The translations under genes were made by a program, and so were the position numbers. Under the pieces are notes generated by a model. It did not search any database and was not told the DNA's origin. It was given only the letters and a program-made list of their open reading frames with translations. 27,063 bases of DNA from a virus (taxonomy: Duplodnaviria; Caudoviricetes), in the IMG/VR virus record IMGVR_UViG_3300022863_000006, positions 1 to 27,063 of that record. The stretch is one strand, 5' to 3'. Positions 8,864 through 16,957 of this stretch are shown here, in pieces (the stretch's first letter is position 1; every line of letters starts with the position of its first letter).

Positions 8864-10042
8864 TTAATTCGCTGCCAGACGCACGGCGAGCTGCGGACGG
8901 AGGGCCTGGTAACCGTACAGAATGTCGAACCGGCACGGGAACAGGTCGTTGTTGATGTCGTACATGCGCACCAGGCGCATGCTGATCCCATCCATGACTT
9001 TCCGTGCCGCCATGTCCACGCCGCCGGGCATAACCAAATCCGCCGTTGCGATGGTAAACGCGTCTTTCGCATAGGCCAGGGAGATGCCGGAGGCGGTCGA
9101 CGCGGTGCCGGCGAAGCTGATCAGCGCGCCGGCGGCGGGCGAGTTGGTGACGTTCTGCATGCCGCCCGTCGTGACGATCGCGGGGCTGATCGCCATGGTG
9201 CCGTTGCCGCCGGCATAGTTCGACGTGAGCACGAACTGCTGCAGGGTCGCGGTGCTGGCCTTGGTCTCGGGATGCACCCTGAACACGTTGGCGATGGTGA
9301 AGATATCGCCCGCGTTGCCTGCGCCGCTGCCGGTGTTGACGACCAGCGATGATCCGGTCTGGTTGGCGCCGTTGACCTGATACGTGGCCGATTCAGCGCC
9401 GCGCGTGTACTGGTTCAGGAAGGTGTTTTCCGCGAACTCAAACCCCGCCGTATGGCCCATCACGCCATCGGTGTACTGATCCGCGATCTGGGTGCTGGAC
9501 TGAAACAGGCCCTTCAGGCTGTTGACCAGATCGACGTTATCCTGGGTGTTCAGCCGGATCAGCTTCTCACCGGGCGGTGCCAGGTTGTCGAGCAGGATCT
9601 TGCGTGCGCCGAGGATGTTCTGCAGCGACTGCGGCGAACCCTGGCCGTTCACCTGATTATACACGCTGGTGATCATGTTGAGGCAATCGGCCTCGATATT
9701 CGCCGCCAATACCGCCATCGCCGGTTCGAGGATCAGCTTGCTGAAGTCGATAATGTTCAGCGTCAGTTCCACGCTGGAGAAAACGACATCCACGCCCTTC
9801 TGCGACGTCACGTTCAAGGTCACCTGGTTGTTGACCGTGGGCTGCGTCGAGAGCGTGGGGCCAGACCTGATCTGATACTGGTTCGGCAACCTGATACGCA
9901 ACGACGTGCCGATCTGCGCGCCGCCGGCGGTGAACTGATCATCATAGGCTCTGTTGATCGAGCCGATGAAGTTGCACTTCTGGTGGAGGATGGCGAGCGC
10001 GGCGTTCGTGATGATACTGGAATTAAGAAACGTATTGGCCAT
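8864..10042 (-). CDS. Major capsid protein, P22 coat protein gp5 family
   Basis: Start ATG 10042 with a GGAG RBS; 392 aa. Motifs are INRAYDDQF...GAQIGTSLRIRLP, AGDIFTIANV and CRFDILYG...RPQLAVR. It follows the scaffold gene. Confidence 0.92.
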   Translation of the reverse strand: MANTFLNSSIITNAALAILHQKCNFIGSINRAYDDQFTAGGAQIGTSLRIRLPNQYQIRSGPTLSTQPTVNNQVTLNVTSQKGVDVVFSSVELTLNIIDFSKLILEPAMAVLAANIEADCLNMITSVYNQVNGQGSPQSLQNILGARKILLDNLAPPGEKLIRLNTQDNVDLVNSLKGLFQSSTQIADQYTDGVMGHTAGFEFAENTFLNQYTRGAESATYQVNGANQTGSSLVVNTGSGAGNAGDIFTIANVFRVHPETKASTATLQQFVLTSNYAGGNGTMAISPAIVTTGGMQNVTNSPAAGALISFAGTASTASGISLAYAKDAFTIATADLVMPGGVDMAARKVMDGISMRLVRMYDINNDLFPCRFDILYGYQALRPQLAVRLAAN

Positions 10043-10061
10043 GGGAGGCTCCATTGAGAAG

Positions 10062-10108
10062 GACACGGCGTCTCGCGACGCTGTCGGCTGCCTTGCCCAA
10101 GGGCGGCC
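10062..10108 (-). promoter_or_regulatory. Two adjacent hairpins in the coat-gene leader
   Basis: On the minus strand, GGCCGCCCTTGGGCAAGGCAGCC is followed by GACA-GCGTC-GCGA-GACGC-CG-TGTC (GNRA tetraloop). The pair ends ~20 nt before the coat ATG. Confidence 0.4.
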
Positions 10109-10126
10109 TACGGTTTGGCGTTAGCC

Positions 10127-10870
10127 TCAAAAGCCCGGGCGGACTCCTGATCGGGTTGTCTTGTTCCAATACTCCTTGAACTGCTCCGAACTCATCGTGG
10201 CCGGGTTGACCTCGCCACGCGGGGCGGTGTCGAGCGGCTTGATGGGCGGCGGGGCAGCCGTGGTGGCTTTCACCGGCGCCGGTGCGGCTGCCGGTGTCGC
10301 GATGGCCTGCGACAACTTCGCCAGCTCCAGCGCCATCCTGGCCGGCGGCAGCTTCAGGATGCGCGCGGCCTCCGCCGGGTGCTCCGCCAGGTCGGAGATG
10401 ACCTGATGAGCCTCCGGCACTTCCCAGATCGTCGCCATGAAGGCGGGGTTATCGACCGCGCCCATCTCGGCAATCTGGTTGCACCGCTGCGTGAAATCGG
10501 GAAACGCCGCATTGCCCCTGGCAATCGCCGCCTCTTGCTTTGCCGCCGTCTCCCGCCGCTCGATGAGCTGTGCGGCGCGCTGTTCCAGCTGTGCGTCGTA
10601 CTCAGCCGGCGTTGGCTGGGCGTTCGGATCGCGTGGCTGGATGCGCTCGAGCTGCTCGCGAGCGGCCTGTAGCTGCCGCCTGGTCTCCCGCTGCTCGAAG
10701 GCCAGCTGCCGGATCGCCTGGTCGCGTGGATCAGGCTGCGAAGGTTTCGCCGGCGTGGACTCTTGCGTCGCGGGTTGCTCCTGGCCCGTCTCGGGAGCGG
10801 TCTCGGTCGCGGGCAGTTCAGCAGGTTCGGTCGCGGCCCCCTGTAAGGCGTTTTCGGTCGTGTCGCTCAT
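10127..10870 (-). CDS. Scaffolding protein
   Basis: 247 aa. It has an acidic/Pro-rich N-terminus, a helical coiled-coil middle, and a C-terminal APPPIKPL...MSSEQFKEYW. It lies between portal and coat. Confidence 0.85.
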   Translation of the reverse strand: MSDTTENALQGAATEPAELPATETAPETGQEQPATQESTPAKPSQPDPRDQAIRQLAFEQRETRRQLQAAREQLERIQPRDPNAQPTPAEYDAQLEQRAAQLIERRETAAKQEAAIARGNAAFPDFTQRCNQIAEMGAVDNPAFMATIWEVPEAHQVISDLAEHPAEAARILKLPPARMALELAKLSQAIATPAAAPAPVKATTAAPPPIKPLDTAPRGEVNPATMSSEQFKEYWNKTTRSGVRPGF

Positions 10871-10890
10871 AGGATAGCCCCATGGAATAG

Positions 10891-10914
10891 CCGGTTAACC
10901 GACCGGTGGCGGTT
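10891..10914 (-). promoter_or_regulatory. Predicted H-type pseudoknot upstream of the scaffold gene
   Basis: The minus strand reads AACCG-CCA-CCGGT-CGGTT-A-ACCGG, giving two interleaved perfect 5-bp stems 20 nt upstream of ATG 10870. Confidence 0.45.
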
Positions 10915-10945
10915 CTCGCCGGGTGCGCTGCCCGGCTGAAACTGG

Positions 10946-11338
10946 TTAGGCCGCAGCCGGCGGCGCTGGTGTGGCGGGCTCGGGCGCGGCCAGCGTGTTG
11001 GCGGCGACAGCGGTCGGCGTGTTGGCGGTGACAGCGGCCGAGAGCTCGGCAGTGTCGGTGGTCAGCGCGGTGTGCAGATCGGTCAGCGCCTGCAGCTCGG
11101 CGGCCGTCGCCCCAGCCCCTGCGGCGGCATTGGTTGCGGCCTCGAGCTGGGCGGCAAAGCCGTTGATGAGGGCGGTGGCGGAGCTCGCCACCGAGGTGAG
11201 CGCGGCCACATCGGCCTTCAGTTCAGCGATATCGCTGTCGAGCGTCGAGACGGTCGAGGACATTTTCAGGATCTCCGTTTGGATCGACGCCAGGATGGCG
11301 AGGATCTGGTTGATGCGTTTGCCGTAGCCGAGGGTCAT
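10946..11338 (-). CDS. Hypothetical Ala-rich coiled-coil phage protein
   Basis: 130 aa with an ATGA overlap with the portal stop. An alternative start at ATG 11263 has a GGAG RBS. Confidence 0.7.
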   Translation of the reverse strand: MTLGYGKRINQILAILASIQTEILKMSSTVSTLDSDIAELKADVAALTSVASSATALINGFAAQLEAATNAAAGAGATAAELQALTDLHTALTTDTAELSAAVTANTPTAVAANTLAAPEPATPAPPAAA

Positions 11339-13566
11339 TGCGGCGGGGCGCCCGGCTGCGGCTGCGCCGCGCCGTTCATGGCACCCGGATCAGGCTGCGC
11401 GCCCGCATCAGGTTGGGCATCCGGGTCAGGCGGCGCGATCGACTGTGCGTGCGCCGCGTCGGCAGCGTCGTGCTCCTGCATGATCGGCAGCGCCGGCATC
11501 CCGAGCAGCTGCGACAGCATGCTGCGCACCAGCACCTTGGCCACCGTCGGATCAGCCGCCGTGACCGCCGCCAGACGATCGGTCTCGGCGCGGTAGTCGT
11601 CAATGCTGATCTTGCCGCCCTTCTCCTTGGCCTGCTCCTGCAGAATGACCACCTGCGCCTTGAGGTGGGCCACCTCGGCATCGGCCTGTTTGGCGATGTT
11701 CTGCGCGTTCTGGTGGGTCTGTTGCAGCTGCTGCTGGAGCTGCTGCACCTGCGGGCTGGGCCCGCCCATATACTGCGGCGGCACGCCACGCTGCAGGCGC
11801 TGCGCCAGCTGGTCCGCCAACGGGAAATCCGCACTCTTGAACAGCAGGTCACCGGCGACATGCACCAGGTCGGGGCTCGCCTGGATGATCTGCGAGATGG
11901 CGTTGTAGGCCTCCTCGCGCTGCGTCCCGAAGCTCGGCCCGACATCCGCCTCAACGTCATACCGCCCGATCTGGGGGTTGAAGATGATGCTCGGATCCGG
12001 CTGGGTCGGGTCCTGCTGCGCGGCCTGCGCCTGCTCCGGCGTCACGGGCTGCGGCGGCTGTCCGGGCGCTCCGGGCGGCATGATGTGCTGGTGCGGCACC
12101 GGCAGGCTGGGATCCACATGCACGTCAGATGTCGAGCCGTCCTCGGCCATGATCTTGATCACCCGCTGCACGTCATAGAGCTTCGGGATCAGATCGAGCA
12201 CGATCCGGCCGATCTGGCGGATCCCCTTGGCCTGGTTGTCGATATAATGATACGTCGCGGTATCGCCCTCGCGCTGGCGCTGCTGGATCGCGACACCGCT
12301 GCGCTCGTTGCCGGGCGCGCCCATCTCGGCCTGATACTGGCCGGAGACTTCCATCATGTCCTGGCGGGCCGAGTTCATCCCCTCCAGGTAGGCCTGCGCC
12401 ATCACCGGCGGCTGGCTGCGCTGCGGCGCCTCCAGCGGCTTTCCGTTGACGTCCATGTGGTTGTAGACCAGCACGCTGTAGTTCTGCGTGTTGGCGGTCT
12501 TCCATTGGTTCATATGGCCCTCGACCGCCGCGGCGGCGCCGACATAGGGGCTCTTGCCCTGCAGTGCCACGTGCTCGACGGCCGAAGAGGTCCAGTAATT
12601 GTACATCTTCTGGGCGTCGATCAGCGCCCGGGTATGGCCCTTGCGGTCCATCTTGCCGTCGATCACGATCTCCTCGCCGATGAACGGGACCAGCGGAATG
12701 TATTTGCCCGGCCAGGTCTTGCGATCGATGATCTTGCTGCCGGCCAGCTGATACCACTCGATCTCGGGCTCGGCCACTTTGCGACTGCGCTTGATCGGCA
12801 GCTGCGCCTTGGTGACCCCGGGCGGCAGCTTGCTGTCGCGCACAACGCTGCCGTCGTGCAGTTCGTGCAGCTCGTCGTCCTTGACGCCGCGGCGCCAGTA
12901 TTCAGCCTCCCGCACATGGTCCTTGCTGTCCCAGTGCTCGGAATAGTCCATTGGCGCGGCATCGTGGCTGTCTACGTCGGGATGCGCCGCCTCGAACTCT
13001 TTCCGCGGCGTGTCGATGAACAGGAAGGCGAACCGCATGTCGGCCTTGTCGTAGTCCTTGGCGTCTGGATCGAGGTAGATTTCGCGCGGATTGGGCACCC
13101 GGCGGATGAAAATCTCCTGGTCCATGCTCTCATCGTCGGCGTAGTCGGTCGTCACCCGCACGTAGCCGATGCCGCTCTCGACCTGGTGGTAGATCGCCGT
13201 GCTGTAGGCATCCATTGCCTTCGACTGATACTCGATGCGCCGGATGATCGCCGAAAACACCTGCGCCGCCTCGAACGTGCCGCCGCCGCCCGTGGGGGTC
13301 ACCTTGATGGCGGCCTTGTGCTGCCTGGCGTCGTTGACGACGTGCAGATTGTGCTGGCGCACCTTGTTCTGGGTCAGGCACGGCCGGTCGCCGCGCGACA
13401 TGAGCACCGCATCCGGCCACTGGTCGCGGTTGTAGGCGTCGCCATTGGCGAAACGGGCATCGAGCAGGGCATGCGCGCGGGCGTCCGACTCCCAGTCCTG
13501 GCACCGCTGGAAGCGCTCGCGCGCCTCCTTGATGATGTCCTCGTCGGTCTCGCCCTTGCGCGCCAT
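11335..13566 (-). CDS. Portal protein, P22-like
   Basis: 743 aa. Motifs are RPCLTQNKVRQH, WPGKYIPLVPFIG, DAQKMYNYWTS, ERSGVAIQQRQ.EGD and GRYDV.ADVGPSF.TQREE. It lies downstream of terL. Confidence 0.95.
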   Translation of the reverse strand: MARKGETDEDIIKEARERFQRCQDWESDARAHALLDARFANGDAYNRDQWPDAVLMSRGDRPCLTQNKVRQHNLHVVNDARQHKAAIKVTPTGGGGTFEAAQVFSAIIRRIEYQSKAMDAYSTAIYHQVESGIGYVRVTTDYADDESMDQEIFIRRVPNPREIYLDPDAKDYDKADMRFAFLFIDTPRKEFEAAHPDVDSHDAAPMDYSEHWDSKDHVREAEYWRRGVKDDELHELHDGSVVRDSKLPPGVTKAQLPIKRSRKVAEPEIEWYQLAGSKIIDRKTWPGKYIPLVPFIGEEIVIDGKMDRKGHTRALIDAQKMYNYWTSSAVEHVALQGKSPYVGAAAAVEGHMNQWKTANTQNYSVLVYNHMDVNGKPLEAPQRSQPPVMAQAYLEGMNSARQDMMEVSGQYQAEMGAPGNERSGVAIQQRQREGDTATYHYIDNQAKGIRQIGRIVLDLIPKLYDVQRVIKIMAEDGSTSDVHVDPSLPVPHQHIMPPGAPGQPPQPVTPEQAQAAQQDPTQPDPSIIFNPQIGRYDVEADVGPSFGTQREEAYNAISQIIQASPDLVHVAGDLLFKSADFPLADQLAQRLQRGVPPQYMGGPSPQVQQLQQQLQQTHQNAQNIAKQADAEVAHLKAQVVILQEQAKEKGGKISIDDYRAETDRLAAVTAADPTVAKVLVRSMLSQLLGMPALPIMQEHDAADAAHAQSIAPPDPDAQPDAGAQPDPGAMNGAAQPQPGAPPQ

Positions 13567-13643
13567 TAGCGTGGCTGCCTGCGATTACAGCTCTTGAGAA
13601 CGCAGTATTTTTCCCAGCCGGGCGGGCAGTCGCAGTTTGCCAT
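13566..13643 (-). CDS. Putative 25-aa Cys-rich microprotein
   Basis: The sequence is MANCDCPPGWEKYCVLKSCNRRQPR. It starts 3 nt after the upstream stop, and its TAA overlaps the portal ATG (TAATG). Confidence 0.45.
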   Translation of the reverse strand: MANCDCPPGWEKYCVLKSCNRRQPR

Positions 13644-13646
13644 GGT

Positions 13647-13889
13647 TCAGCGGGCTTTCGGTTTCGGCGCTGGCGCCTCGGCCCGCAGACGGAGGACCTC
13701 GCCATGCAGGTCGTCGATCAGCTGCAGCGTCGCGGTATGGCCTTGCTCACGCAGGTCAAAAGCCGCCTTGCGGATGCGGTCATAGAAGCTGTCATGCTGG
13801 CGCACCGTCTGCGGGTCGAACACCGGCGGCACGTCCGGGCCCGGGTGCTCGGTGCCTGGGGTCGGGCTGATCGGCGGGGCGTCAGACAT
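13647..13889 (-). CDS. Hypothetical protein (paralog of 13882-14163)
   Basis: ATG 13889 with a GGAGG RBS; 80 aa; motif FDLREQGH....QLIDDL. Confidence 0.7.
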   Translation of the reverse strand: MSDAPPISPTPGTEHPGPDVPPVFDPQTVRQHDSFYDRIRKAAFDLREQGHTATLQLIDDLHGEVLRLRAEAPAPKPKAR

Positions 13890-14163
13890 CGCCCGCCTCC
13901 AGCTTCTGCACGCCGGCGTAAAGGTCATCGATCAGCTGGTCGATCTCGCGGTGGCCAAGTTCGCGCAGCGTAAAATGCGCCGCCTCGACGCGCGCGCCAT
14001 AGGCGACGGCAGCTTCCACGCCGGAGGGGTCGGCGGTGCGGGTCGCAACGGCTGCCGGGTTCGGGTCGTCGGCCTCGGCCTCGGCGTTAAGGCGCTCGGC
14101 CTCGGCTCGATCAGCCTCAGCCTGCTGTTTCTTCGTGAGCGGGGTTTCCGTTGTGCCGGACAT
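13882..14163 (-). CDS. Hypothetical protein (paralog of 13647-13889)
   Basis: ATG 14163 with a GGGAG RBS, 2 nt after the terL stop; 93 aa; motif FTLRELGH....QLIDDL. Confidence 0.7.
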   Translation of the reverse strand: MSGTTETPLTKKQQAEADRAEAERLNAEAEADDPNPAAVATRTADPSGVEAAVAYGARVEAAHFTLRELGHREIDQLIDDLYAGVQKLEAGDV

Positions 14164-14165
14164 TG

Positions 14166-15467
14166 CTATGCTCCCATCCATCCTGAGTTATCGCCGAACC
14201 GGTAAAGCACCTGCTCCTGCTTCGGCTCCGGTTTCGGCGTTGAATCGCGGTAGCCAAGGCAGAGGTAGCGAAAACTGTCGGCACCATGGCTGGCGAAGTC
14301 GTGCACCGGCGTTGCCCGCCAGGTCTGCGCCGCCTCGTTCCACTCGCGCCGGTAGTTCCGCAGCGCCTTGATGCCGTCGGCGCATTTCACCGCGTCGAAC
14401 CAGCACAGCGGCAGCGCCATGCGCACCGCGTTGATACCGTCGGCGACGCCCTGCGCCGCTACAATGCGGATCGGCGAGACCCCGAGCCCCTGCAGCGTCT
14501 CCCGCCTGCTGCGGCCAGAGCCAAGCTCGCGCACCTCCACGTCGTGCGGCAACAGGTGGCGCTCGTAGGTGTAGGGCCGGGTCGCCAGCAGCTTGGCGTA
14601 GTGGTCGAGGCCGGCGCCAGAGTCCTCGATGTAGTCGATGATGCGCCACTGGCCGGCGCGGGTGATCTGGGCGAACCAGATCGCCGTGCTGTCGTCGATG
14701 CCGAGGTCCCAGCTGGTCCAGACCGGCAGCGCCGGGTCATACGGCACCGCGGTGATGCGGCCCTCGGTCTCCGCGGCCTGCAGCAGCTTGCCGTAGTAGC
14801 TGCCGCTGTTCGGCGCCTCGAACGAGCACATCATCTCCTGCGCGAACTCTTCCTCCGTCATCTCCTGCTTCAGCCGCGCGATCGCCGCCTCCGACAAGGC
14901 ACCGGTCCTGGTGCAATCCAGCAGATACGCGGAATAGCCCGGCGTGGTGCGGGCCCGGTCGTAGGCGGCCTGCAGCAATCCGCGGCCTTTCGGGGTTCCC
15001 GAACGCAACAGCGACCCGTCGCGATCGGCCAGCATCGGTTCGATCACCAGCGGCACCATCGAGACCGGGGTGTCGTCGAACTCGTCGATGATCACCTCGT
15101 CGGCGTAACCGCCGCGCCAGCTGTCGGGGTTATCCGCCCCTCCGACCTGGTAGATCCCGCCATTCGGGAGCCGGATCGCGGCGTCCGACCGCTTGATAGT
15201 CGCCCCCGGTATCGCGTCGGCGGCCCGCATCACCTGGTCCCACAGGCCGGTGCGTTTCCACATCACGCCATAGGGCAGGATGTGGACGACCCGAGGCAGC
15301 GCCTTGCGCTCGGTCAGGCAGCGCTTGAGGCCGCGCCACATCAGCGCCGTGCTCTTGCCGGCCCGCCTGTGAACGACGGCGACGATGCGCGGCGCCGGGT
15401 CGTTGATCAGCGGGACCTGCCAGGGCCGCGGCGCGAACGGCAGCGTGACCCGCTGGATATGGCTCAT
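14166..15467 (-). CDS. terL: Terminase large subunit
   Basis: 433 aa. It has Walker A HRRAGKS, Walker B VIIDEF, coupling motif SGTPKG, and nuclease motifs WDLGIDDSTAIWF and HDFASHGADSFRY. Confidence 0.95.
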   Translation of the reverse strand: MSHIQRVTLPFAPRPWQVPLINDPAPRIVAVVHRRAGKSTALMWRGLKRCLTERKALPRVVHILPYGVMWKRTGLWDQVMRAADAIPGATIKRSDAAIRLPNGGIYQVGGADNPDSWRGGYADEVIIDEFDDTPVSMVPLVIEPMLADRDGSLLRSGTPKGRGLLQAAYDRARTTPGYSAYLLDCTRTGALSEAAIARLKQEMTEEEFAQEMMCSFEAPNSGSYYGKLLQAAETEGRITAVPYDPALPVWTSWDLGIDDSTAIWFAQITRAGQWRIIDYIEDSGAGLDHYAKLLATRPYTYERHLLPHDVEVRELGSGRSRRETLQGLGVSPIRIVAAQGVADGINAVRMALPLCWFDAVKCADGIKALRNYRREWNEAAQTWRATPVHDFASHGADSFRYLCLGYRDSTPKPEPKQEQVLYRFGDNSGWMGA

Positions 15468-15820
15468 TCGGGCGTCGCCGGCTTGGGCGGCGGGGGATCA
15501 GCCCAGCTGTATTCGACCGCGATCGGCGCGCCGTCGATGCCGCTCACCTCCTGCGGAGGCTCTTTCCAGCCGGCGCGGACTTTGAGCCAGAAGATCATCG
15601 ATATCGTGTCTCCGGCGCGGGCCTTCTGAAACAGCGAGCCGGCAACCTGCGCGTTGGCCTCGATCGCGGCGGTGTTCAGTTCCTTGCGGAAATGCTTGCG
15701 CAGCGTCTTCGGCGCGATGTCGAGCACGGCGATGATCTGCTCCTGGGTGATGCCGTAGGCGGTCATGGCGCGCACTGTCTTGCGGTCCTGCTCGGTGGGC
15801 ACGTAGGGCGGGCGGGCCAT
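15464..15820 (-). CDS. terS: Terminase small subunit
   Basis: 118 aa. It has an N-terminal HTH (GITQEQIIAVLDIAPKTLRKHFRKEL), AGDTISMIFWLKVRAGW, and EVSG.DGAPI. ATGA overlap with terL. Confidence 0.8.
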   Translation of the reverse strand: MARPPYVPTEQDRKTVRAMTAYGITQEQIIAVLDIAPKTLRKHFRKELNTAAIEANAQVAGSLFQKARAGDTISMIFWLKVRAGWKEPPQEVSGIDGAPIAVEYSWADPPPPKPATPE

Positions 15821-15824
15821 GCGG

Positions 15825-16259
15825 TCAGAGCGTCACCAGGCTGGCCGTGAAGATGTGCGCGCCGCCGAATGTCTCGGTGTGCTTCTTCACCAGCCGCTTG
15901 AGCAACGCCGGCTTGACGCCGGCCTTCTGCAGATCAGCCACCAGCGCCGCGGTGTTCAGCCGGTCGGCCTGCGGCACGACCTTGAGGTTGATCGTCACGG
16001 TGGCACCCGCGTAGATCGTCTCCGACGTGCCCACCGGATAGGGATGCGTCAGGTGGTCAGGCAGCACGCCGCCGGTTACAGCCGCCTTCTTCGCCTTCTC
16101 GCGCCTGGCGTCGGCAAAGCGGCTGAGCAGCGACGCGGACCAGTATTCCTCGGCCAGCCGGTCACGGGCGTTGCGCGATTCATTCGGATAGCCAATGGCC
16201 GTGAAGGCTTCGGCGATGGCGTCGGTCACGCCGGCGGGTTTGGCGGTGTCAAGCGGCAT
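15825..16259 (-). CDS. Hypothetical protein
   Basis: The likely start is ATG 16259 with an AGGA RBS; 144 aa. It is tightly packed in the late operon. Confidence 0.65.
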   Translation of the reverse strand: MPLDTAKPAGVTDAIAEAFTAIGYPNESRNARDRLAEEYWSASLLSRFADARREKAKKAAVTGGVLPDHLTHPYPVGTSETIYAGATVTINLKVVPQADRLNTAALVADLQKAGVKPALLKRLVKKHTETFGGAHIFTASLVTL

Positions 16260-16281
16260 GGAAGATCCTGCAAACTGGCTG

Positions 16282-16926
16282 TCAGAGCGTAAATCGCTGC
16301 CCGCACCCTGGACAGACGGCACTCTTTGCCTCGGTGATCTTGACCTTGGGTTCGTCCGGGTCGTCGAGGAAGCTCTTCAATTCGTAGTCGCCAAAGCCGG
16401 TCAGCGCGATGTCAAAGCCTGCGTCGCGCAGCTCGCCGAGTTCGAGGGTCAGCAATTCATCGTCCCAGCCGGCATCCAGGGCTACGCGGTTGTCCGCGAT
16501 CACGTAGGCCCGCCGCTGTGCCGGTGTCAGGTGCCGCAGCTCGATCACCGGCACCGTCTCCATCGCCAGCATCCGCGCCGCCAGCACCCGGCCGTGGCCG
16601 GCGATGATGCCACGCTTGCCATCCACCAGCACGGGGTTGGTGAAGCCGAACTCACGAATGCTGCCCGCGATCTTGGCGATCTGAGCCGGCGTGTGGGTGC
16701 GGGCGTTGTTGGCGTAGGGGATCAGCTTGTCGATCGGTGCCGCCTTGTAGGGCAGAAGGCCAGGACTCGCGCGCGTTTTTATAGGCGGTAAAAACTCCTG
16801 GTCAGGCGCGCCGCCCGCCCCCGCCGCCCCCGGCGCTGCCGCTACGGGCGTAGCGGCATCCGTAGCTACTTTTGGCTTGTTGCGTGAGCCCTTCTGCCGG
16901 CCGCCGGTCTTTCTTCCCATTGCCAT
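16282..16926 (-). CDS. ParB N-terminal (ParB/Srx-like) domain protein
   Basis: 214 aa. The core is LIPYANNARTH...IAGSIREFGFTNPVLVD...IIAGHGR...ADNR...GWD. It has an N-terminal KTGGRQKGSRNK and a C-terminal CPGCG. Confidence 0.85.
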   Translation of the reverse strand: MAMGRKTGGRQKGSRNKPKVATDAATPVAAAPGAAGAGGAPDQEFLPPIKTRASPGLLPYKAAPIDKLIPYANNARTHTPAQIAKIAGSIREFGFTNPVLVDGKRGIIAGHGRVLAARMLAMETVPVIELRHLTPAQRRAYVIADNRVALDAGWDDELLTLELGELRDAGFDIALTGFGDYELKSFLDDPDEPKVKITEAKSAVCPGCGQRFTL

Positions 16927-16957
16927 GTCTGTAAATACTCACGGTATATACTTCGGT

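Noticed and set aside
11338-13569. 743-aa plus-strand ORF exactly antisense to the portal gene
   Set aside because: It mirrors the portal codon frame. Strong GC3 bias removes antisense stops, and the translation has no protein-like motifs.
14286-15629. Long antisense ORFs over terL and similar ones (16877-17872, 25486-26610, 272-1225)
   Set aside because: These are shadow ORFs of well-supported minus-strand genes in high-GC DNA.
16837-16858. Perfect palindrome TGCCGCTACG-GG-CGTAGCGGCA in the ParB-N gene as a pac or parS site
   Set aside because: It is a single GC-rich copy in an Ala-rich coding linker with no independent support.
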